From Candidatus Binatia bacterium (GTDB lineage Bacteria; Desulfobacterota; Binatia; Bin18): a stretch of 64,000 nt of DNA. Shown piece after piece: positions 57,872 to 64,000 of the stretch. A program made the translations under genes and the position numbers. Below the pieces are notes generated by a model, which saw only the letters and a program-made list of their open reading frames with translations, did no database searches and was not told where the DNA came from. Each line of letters opens with the position of its first letter. Positions within the stretch are counted from its first letter, which is position 1. Location: NCBI GenBank assembly GCA_963664395.2, contig OY761159.2, forward strand, positions 1,472,001-1,536,000, in the 5' to 3' direction.

Positions 57872-59329
57872 ATGCCACGCAATCTTTTCGGACGCCGCCC
57901 GAAACCGACCGTCCAACAGCCCGCTCCGGCGCAGGCTACCAATAATCCGCCCGGCCCAACGGCGTCTGCCCCACAGACCAAAGCGCATCAGGAGCAGCTC
58001 ATAGCGGCCGCGGTTGCCGGGGCGTCCGAGCCCACCGCACTGACACGTCGCCAGACCTCGGACGGGCTGATCGCCGATATGGCGGCAAAGATTCACCCGA
58101 CCGTTGTGCAGTCTCTCGATATGTCCAAGGCGGCCGACCTGAGCCGGGACGAACTGGCCGTTCAACTCCAGTCCTTTCTCGACACCGAAGACTCGATTGC
58201 CTCGGACCTGACCCCGCTGGACCGCCGGCGGGTGGTCCAGCGACTGGTGGATGACATCAAGGGCCTCGGCCCGCTGGAGCCGCTGTTCAATGACCCGCAT
58301 ATCTCCGACATCCTGGTTAATGGGCTCAAATCGGTCTACGTCGAACGCAAGGGCAAGCTGGAGCAGGTGGACATTCGGTTCCGGGACGAGCAGCACTTGC
58401 TCAATATCGCCCAGCGTATCGCCGGTTGGGTCGGGCGGCGGGTTGACGAGGCCAGCCCTATGGTAGACGCCCGCCTGCCCGACGGTAGCCGCGTGAACAT
58501 CATCATTCCGCCGCTGGCGATTGACGGCGCCACCTTCTCCATCCGGCGTTTCGTGGCTCGTGGTATCAGCCTGGCAGACCTGGCCGAGCGCAACGCCTTT
58601 AACCCGGCAATGGGCCAGCTGCTCCAGATTTGTGCCAAAGCCCGGCTGAATATCCTGGTTTCCGGTGGTACGGGTGCCGGCAAAACCACCTTTCTGAACG
58701 CCCTGTCGCGCGAGATCAGCACCACCGAGCGGCTGGTGACGATAGAAGATTCGGCGGAGTTGCAGCTTCAGCAGCCGCATGTGGTCCGGCTGGAAACGCG
58801 CACGAAAAGCGTAGAGGGCTCGGGCGAGGTGAGCATCCGCGACCTGCTGGTCAACGCCCTGCGAATGCGGCCCGACCGGATCATCGTGGGTGAGGTGCGT
58901 GGCGGCGAGGCCAACGAGATGCTGCAAGCCATGAATACCGGCCATCCGGGCTCGATGTGTACCATCCACGCCAATAATCCGCGCGACGCGTTGATGCGGC
59001 TTGAAAACATGCTAATGCAGTCCTCGGGTGATATGCCGCTGACGGCCATGCGCCGCCAGATTGTATCGGCCGTTGATCTTGTCATTCAGTTGGCCCGGCT
59101 GCGCTCCGGTCACCGCTGTGTGACCAGCATTACTGATGTGGTCGGGATGGAGGGCGATATTGTCACCACCGAGGAAATGTGGCGCCGCCTGCCGGGCGAA
59201 GAGCATACTTTTGAGAATACCGGCCGCCAACCGTCCTGGATGGCCGCGGTGGACGCGGCGGGGCTGCGCGCTGAGTTGCTTGAGGTACTCCAGATGAGCA
59301 ACGCGAGAAACGTGGAGGCCGCGGCATGA
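57872..59329 (+). CDS. cpaF: TadA/CpaF assembly ATPase
   Basis: [62 protein letters not shown] and AMNTGH motifs. Confidence 0.96.
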   Translation: MPRNLFGRRPKPTVQQPAPAQATNNPPGPTASAPQTKAHQEQLIAAAVAGASEPTALTRRQTSDGLIADMAAKIHPTVVQSLDMSKAADLSRDELAVQLQSFLDTEDSIASDLTPLDRRRVVQRLVDDIKGLGPLEPLFNDPHISDILVNGLKSVYVERKGKLEQVDIRFRDEQHLLNIAQRIAGWVGRRVDEASPMVDARLPDGSRVNIIIPPLAIDGATFSIRRFVARGISLADLAERNAFNPAMGQLLQICAKARLNILVSGGTGAGKTTFLNALSREISTTERLVTIEDSAELQLQQPHVVRLETRTKSVEGSGEVSIRDLLVNALRMRPDRIIVGEVRGGEANEMLQAMNTGHPGSMCTIHANNPRDALMRLENMLMQSSGDMPLTAMRRQIVSAVDLVIQLARLRSGHRCVTSITDVVGMEGDIVTTEEMWRRLPGEEHTFENTGRQPSWMAAVDAAGLRAELLEVLQMSNARNVEAAA

Positions 59330-60360
59330 ACATGACCCTGACGATGCTGGTCTGCGTGGCCGGGGTGATCATTCCCGGCATCCTGGCCCTGCTCATTCTC
59401 GGTAACCCGCTGCTGAGCATGGCGATTTCCCTGTCCGCACTTCTGATTGAGATCCCCTGCGTTTATCTGGTGGTGATCATCTGGCCCCAACAGCGGGAGT
59501 TGAAACGCCGGCTGAACCGGGTCGCGGCGGCGCTCAAGGGCGGCACGCTGCCGGACGCCAGCACTGGTGACAGCGTCAGTGTTTTCCGCGCGCAACGGAG
59601 CAAGTCGCGGCTGGTTGAAAGGCTGGAGCACAAATTCCCCATGATTGACGTTCGGAAGGTGCTGCCCAAGGCGGTTGGGCTAGGCGTATTGGGCATGGTG
59701 GCGGCTTGGCTGGGTGCGGCATTTACCGGTTTCGGGCTGTTCGCCGTTTTGCTCCTGGTGCCGGTCAGCGGGCTGGGGTGTAGCTGGGCGGTGCTGGCCA
59801 TGCAGGACGCCGGCCAGCGCAACGAGTTCACCAAGATATTTCCCGAGACCACCGACCAGGTGGTGCGCCTGGTACGGGCCGGCGTTCCGTCAATGGAGGC
59901 TATTTCGATTGTGGCCCAGGAGGCCCCGCCGCCGGTCGGCGGGATCATGCGTGAAGTAGCCTCGGTGGTAGCAGCCGGGCTGGACCCGGAAACCGCCATT
60001 CGCAGTGCTGCGGCGCGCGTCCGTATTCCCGCGTTCTCCCTCTTCTCTGCCGCAGTCTGCTTGCAGATGACGACCGGAGGCGGCATTTCGGGCGCGCTCG
60101 GCAATCTTTCGACTACTCTGCGCGCCCGCTACGATATCACGCTCAAGGCCAAGAGTTCGACGGCTCAGACCCGGCTGACCCTGGCAATCATCTCGCTGGT
60201 GCCGGTCGTGGTGCTGGCCACCCAGAACTTTACCAATCCGCAGACCATTGAAACCTTGTTTTACACTGAGTCAGGCGGCAGCCTGCTCCGCTACGGGGTC
60301 GGCCTTATTCTGAGCGGGCTGCTAGTCGCCCGCAGCCTGTCCGCCGGAATCGGGCGGTAG
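59326..60360 (+). CDS. tadB: TadB inner-membrane platform protein
   Basis: FPETTDQVVRLVRAG and GGGISGALGNL motifs; T2SSF-like; follows tadA. Confidence 0.88.
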   Translation: MNMTLTMLVCVAGVIIPGILALLILGNPLLSMAISLSALLIEIPCVYLVVIIWPQQRELKRRLNRVAAALKGGTLPDASTGDSVSVFRAQRSKSRLVERLEHKFPMIDVRKVLPKAVGLGVLGMVAAWLGAAFTGFGLFAVLLLVPVSGLGCSWAVLAMQDAGQRNEFTKIFPETTDQVVRLVRAGVPSMEAISIVAQEAPPPVGGIMREVASVVAAGLDPETAIRSAAARVRIPAFSLFSAAVCLQMTTGGGISGALGNLSTTLRARYDITLKAKSSTAQTRLTLAIISLVPVVVLATQNFTNPQTIETLFYTESGGSLLRYGVGLILSGLLVARSLSAGIGR

Positions 60361-60382
60361 GCATGCAGGAGGGAGAACAGCA

Positions 60383-61348
60383 ATGATGTTCTGGCTCGTC
60401 GTCATCACAACGCTCACTTGCATGGCGGTTGCCAGCGTGATGGTCTTTCGCGGCACTCGAAATGCCCAGATGATGGACCGTCGGCTCGCCAGAGTGCGGG
60501 CGTGGGCCGTGGCAGTCTATGGCGAACCGCAGAAACGGCGCAAACAGGAAGGTGGCGGCTTTTCTCTGCGTCTGCTGTCGTCCGCTCTCCTGAATGTTTC
60601 GTCCCGATTGGTTCCGGTCGGTGCGGCAGAGCGGGCCAAGCTGAAAGACTTGGTCATGAAGGCGGGTTTTCACCGGCCCGACGCCTTGTCGATATTCATG
60701 ACGGTCAAGCTCGTCGTTACCCTGGCTAGCGGCACTCTGCTGGGATTCCAGATAGCGACGGGACAGTGGCTGGGGGAATACACCTCAACGCCGACCATCC
60801 TGCTGGCCGGTCTGGCCGGTGCGGTCATGGGCGGGATTTTGCCCGAGATGTGCTTGGACCGCCTCAGCGTCCGCCGGCAACGCCGGATGGCTACGACGCT
60901 GCCGGACGCCCTGGACCTGATGACGCTCTGCCTTGAATCCGGGTTGACCTTTGAGCGTACTCTGTCTCGGGTGGTGCAGGAGCTCGAATCCATGGCGCCC
61001 GACCTGGCGCGCGAGTTCGCCCAAGCCGAGGTAGAACTGCGGCTCGGCACCGACCGCAAGAAGGCACTGAACGACCTGCATGTCCGCACCGGGGTGGAGG
61101 GTCTGCGCGACCTGTCCACGGTTATCACTCAGGGCGAGCGCTATGGGACGCCGCTGGCCCAATCCATGAGGAATATCGCCCACAGCGAACGGCAGCAGCG
61201 TGCGGCCCGGATTGAGGCTCAGGTTGCTCGTCTACCGGTGCTGATGAGCATGCCCATGCTGCTGCTGGTGACGCCGGGGACCCTGCTGCTGGTTGCGGGA
61301 CCGGCCTTTGTCTCGACCATGGAGATGCTGGGCAATTTGGGCAAATAA
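60383..61348 (+). CDS. tadC: TadC inner-membrane platform protein
   Basis: LPDALDLMTLCLESGL, QGERYGTPLAQ and GPA motifs. Confidence 0.92.
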   Translation: MMFWLVVITTLTCMAVASVMVFRGTRNAQMMDRRLARVRAWAVAVYGEPQKRRKQEGGGFSLRLLSSALLNVSSRLVPVGAAERAKLKDLVMKAGFHRPDALSIFMTVKLVVTLASGTLLGFQIATGQWLGEYTSTPTILLAGLAGAVMGGILPEMCLDRLSVRRQRRMATTLPDALDLMTLCLESGLTFERTLSRVVQELESMAPDLAREFAQAEVELRLGTDRKKALNDLHVRTGVEGLRDLSTVITQGERYGTPLAQSMRNIAHSERQQRAARIEAQVARLPVLMSMPMLLLVTPGTLLLVAGPAFVSTMEMLGNLGK

Positions 61349-61381
61349 CGCCTGGGCAAATAACGGGCGATACCTGCGGGT

Positions 61382-62287
61382 TTATTTGTCCAGCAGGACT
61401 TCTTCTCGGCTGGTGCCGCGAAAAACCTGAATCCGTACCGGGTCGGGGGCAGGCGGTTCCGTTGCCGGCGGCGGCAGCAGGCGGTTGAGACCGACCGGCG
61501 TCCGCCAGCCAACGGGTTCGGTCTGGCCGAGCGGGCGCAAGGCCAGTGCCAGGCTGCCTCGGGTGGTGGCCAGTACGAGTTTATCGGCATCCGGCGGGCT
61601 CACTTCAAGGGTCACGGTATTGCCGTCGATCTGAGGAGTGAGGCTACCTTCTTGCTCCGCGTAGTTGACACTCTCGATACGCTGGCCGACGGCGACCACA
61701 CGAATATCTTCAAGGACGGTCCTGCTGAAGGAGTTGAGCTGGCTTGGGTCATCCGATGAGACCTGCATGGTGAAAATGACATCAACCCGGTCTCCCGGCG
61801 CAATCATCCCGGCGTGGCTCGTCTCCTGATTGACGGTGATGGTGAGCGCCCGGCGGTCGGGCAGCAGGACGGCGGCCAGGAAACCATCCTGGCCAGGCCG
61901 GATGAGCCCCGCATCCGTCAGCGGCATCCCGGCCAGCAGCGCCACGCGCGTCACGGCCCCGATGACTGAAGGCGGCTCCTGTTCCTGTCCGGTGTCGGCC
62001 GGTTCCTTGCGGATATGGCTGGACAGCACATTCCGGGCCTCCAGCGGCACATAGGTCAGGTCGTTCGCGGTGAGCAACGTCCCGGCCAGCAGGTCGCGGT
62101 CCGCGGCAAGCACCTCTACCGGAGGGGGTACGACGGGGGCGGGCGGCGGGGCGGGCTCGGGCTGCACCACTGCGGGTGGTTCGGCCTCGTCCTGGCCGAA
62201 ATACAGCCACATGCTGACCGAAAGAGCGATGGCGGCGGGGATAATCCCCAGAAGAACGACGAGGAGCAGAGTCCGATATCTTCGCAT
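61382..62287 (-). CDS. cpaB: CpaB/RcpC pilus assembly protein
   Basis: SAF domain VLAADRDLLAG, GMIAPGDRVDV, VLEDIRVVAV and TVTLEV..GSL.LALR motifs. Confidence 0.92.
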   Translation of the reverse strand: MRRYRTLLLVVLLGIIPAAIALSVSMWLYFGQDEAEPPAVVQPEPAPPPAPVVPPPVEVLAADRDLLAGTLLTANDLTYVPLEARNVLSSHIRKEPADTGQEQEPPSVIGAVTRVALLAGMPLTDAGLIRPGQDGFLAAVLLPDRRALTITVNQETSHAGMIAPGDRVDVIFTMQVSSDDPSQLNSFSRTVLEDIRVVAVGQRIESVNYAEQEGSLTPQIDGNTVTLEVSPPDADKLVLATTRGSLALALRPLGQTEPVGWRTPVGLNRLLPPPATEPPAPDPVRIQVFRGTSREEVLLDK

Positions 62288-62313
62288 AAGCCCATCACAC
62301 TACTCATACTACG

Positions 62314-62748
62314 TCATACGGAAAAGGCACGCAGTGTCAAGAGAACCATGGCCGGCGGGGCGATGGCAACCGCAAAGGGGAGGTTGGAGCGCAAGCGGCG
62401 GGTCGTATCAAACGGTAACAGGGCAAACGCGGAAAGGCCGAAGCTGAGCAGTCCCAGACCGACCAGAAAGAGGGTCATGTCATACGGACCGACCCACAAG
62501 CCGGCGACGGCCATGAGCTTGCCGTCGCCCCCGCCAAGCCCACCCAGCACGAACAACCCAAACCCGACCAGCAGCAGGACCGCCCCGCTTGCGATATGAC
62601 CCCACACCGGCGCCATGTGGCCGACGGTCACGGCGTACAGCCCAAACAGGGCAAGCAGGCCGAGCGGAACGCTGTCCGGAATCCAGCGACCGGTCAGGTC
62701 GGACACCACAGCCACACCGAAAAGCGCACAACACACCAGCAGCAACAT
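62314..62748 (-). CDS. cpaA: TadV/CpaA prepilin peptidase (A24)
   Basis: SDL...IPD, LGGGDGKL and LPFAVAI motifs; alternative start 62814. Confidence 0.9.
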   Translation of the reverse strand: MLLLVCCALFGVAVVSDLTGRWIPDSVPLGLLALFGLYAVTVGHMAPVWGHIASGAVLLLVGFGLFVLGGLGGGDGKLMAVAGLWVGPYDMTLFLVGLGLLSFGLSAFALLPFDTTRRLRSNLPFAVAIAPPAMVLLTLRAFSV

Positions 62749-62820
62749 CGGCTCAAGCACAGCGCGGTCCCCTCTTGAAGCCTGCAGCAGCGTCGTGCGG
62801 CAACTGCTCAACACTCCGGT

Positions 62821-63441
62821 TCAACGCTCCGGTCTCGGCCGGGGCTCGGACTGAAGCCGGAGTCCAGTGAGCAGGCGTATCAGAGTGTCTGTCATTTCCT
62901 TCCGGGCCGCAGCGTTATCGCCTACCTGGCTGATGTATATGGCCGCTTCGAAGAATGTCACCCATATGAGGCGGATCAACGGTTCGAGCGGCATCTGTTC
63001 GACCAAGCCCTCGGCCATCAACTTCTTAAAGATATTTCGTAATAAAATCAGGCCCGGCGCACGTTTTTGCTCGATGGGCCAATCCAGGACTGCCGGGCCA
63101 TCAACATAGACAATGCGCTGTACGCTCGGATCAGCCACGCTTTCAATAAAAGCCTGGCAACCCGTCACAAGCTGCTGCCAGGTGTCGCCCTCAGCCGCCT
63201 GCATTCTCTCTTTCACAGCTTGTAGATAACCCAGTCTCACCTCATCAAAGACCGCTTCGAAGAGGGCGGCTTTGTCGCGATAGTGATAATACAGCGCGCC
63301 TCTGGTCACCTTGGCGCGCCGGACAACCTCTTCGGTCGAGGTGTGGGCATACCCGCGTTCGGTAAACAACTCCTTGGCAATGTCGAGCAAGGCCCTCTTG
63401 GTTATTTGAGACTGTTCGTCTTTTGACATGATGCCAGCCAT
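62821..63441 (-). CDS. TetR/AcrR family regulator (copy 2)
   Basis: FTERGYAHTS..VVRRAKVTRGALYYHY motif; aligns along its full length with copy 1. Confidence 0.92.
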   Translation of the reverse strand: MAGIMSKDEQSQITKRALLDIAKELFTERGYAHTSTEEVVRRAKVTRGALYYHYRDKAALFEAVFDEVRLGYLQAVKERMQAAEGDTWQQLVTGCQAFIESVADPSVQRIVYVDGPAVLDWPIEQKRAPGLILLRNIFKKLMAEGLVEQMPLEPLIRLIWVTFFEAAIYISQVGDNAAARKEMTDTLIRLLTGLRLQSEPRPRPER

Positions 63442-63479
63442 ATGCCCCCCTCACCAAGCCTATCAAGATCGTGGGGTGC

Positions 63480-63508
63480 TTATAGCATACAATCGATATG
63501 TATGTCAA
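63480..63508 (-). promoter_or_regulatory. operator-like palindrome and promoter of TetR copy 2
   Basis: Plus strand GCATACAATCGATATGTATGTCAA; minus strand TTGACA-N18-TATAAG. Confidence 0.65.
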
Positions 63509-63680
63509 TAGGGATACCGCACAGAACGGCTGATAGCACCGGGTTTTATTCCCGATTCGCTTCCCTTTCGTCAGCCGACATGGTAGGGGAGGAGCGGTAT
63601 AGTGTTCCGGATCATCTTTGCCATCGCGTCTTGCGTGCCTTGCACACATTGATGGACCTCACTCAGAGGGAGATCGCCAA

Positions 63681-64000
63681 ATTTCCATCAGTACAAGCTT
63701 CGGGCGTCTATTCAGCATTGACCTTCGCTCATTGGCCGTTTTTCGTATGGCCCTCGGCGTACTGGTGTACAGCAGCCCTTAAATCGTTGGACGTGTGGTG
63801 GTACGAGGCGAGCGCTGTTTACTACGCTTTAAGCATCGATCAAATCGTCACCCCCTTCGGTCTGTGGCTACTCGGGTTTCCTGACCTGCTGGCCCTGTTG
63901 AGTCGGGCCAGCATCGCGCTGGAGTTCCTTGGCCCCTGCCTCGTTTTCGTGCCCTTTTGTACTCCCTGGCTGCGGATTTTTGTGGTCGGAGCGTTTTTTT
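63681..64000 (+). pseudogene. HTTM-domain membrane protein remnant with internal deletion (runs off window)
   Basis: RLFSIDLRSLAVFRMALGVL in one frame abuts YWCTAALKS..WW..SAVYYALSID..TP.G in another frame at about 63760. Confidence 0.62.

Noticed and set aside
46501-58969. Long minus-strand ORFs (395, 303, 378 and 404 aa) in the tad region
   Set aside because: They are antisense to well-supported genes and have no recognisable domains.
45671-63441. Tad region as an autonomous mobile element, prophage or ICE
   Set aside because: No integrase, relaxase, phage genes, tRNA target or clear att repeats were found.

Overview
Bacterial chromosomal segment of moderately high GC. The gene content looks like an uncultured Deltaproteobacteria-like lineage, but this is an inference and was not tested. 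Bases 1-45.6 kb are mostly housekeeping and accessory genes: a partial RavA-like AAA+ ATPase, CoA-transferase, XPB-like helicase, two phosphotransferases, DUF4301, TreT-like glycosyltransferase, rfbBAC, uppP, an ECF sigma/anti-sigma pair, a Gld-like ABC module, OmpA and glycine-zipper lipoproteins, type-2 ileS, two ExbB/ExbD pairs, a VWA protein, a TPR protein, a BisC/TorZ-like molybdoenzyme, pilT, hicB, ispD, anmK and rpoD. Bases 45.7-63.5 kb hold a full Tad/Flp pilus gene set, in which cpaE is frameshifted, bracketed by two paralogous TetR genes that share an operator-like palindrome. The most notable observations are: (1) a di-heme cytochrome c peroxidase and a DAHL-type sensor kinase lacking the phospho-His sit inside the Tad operon; (2) a PadR-ExbB-ExbD operon has a TonB/TolA-like transducer that ends in a VWA domain; (3) a circularly permuted SCP2 protein; (4) a lone integron attC site between toxin-antitoxin gene remnants; (5) palindromic repeats translated in-frame at the N-termini of two Tad genes. 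No rRNA, tRNA, CRISPR array or intact transposase/integrase was seen. All family calls come from motif recognition by eye, not from database searches.
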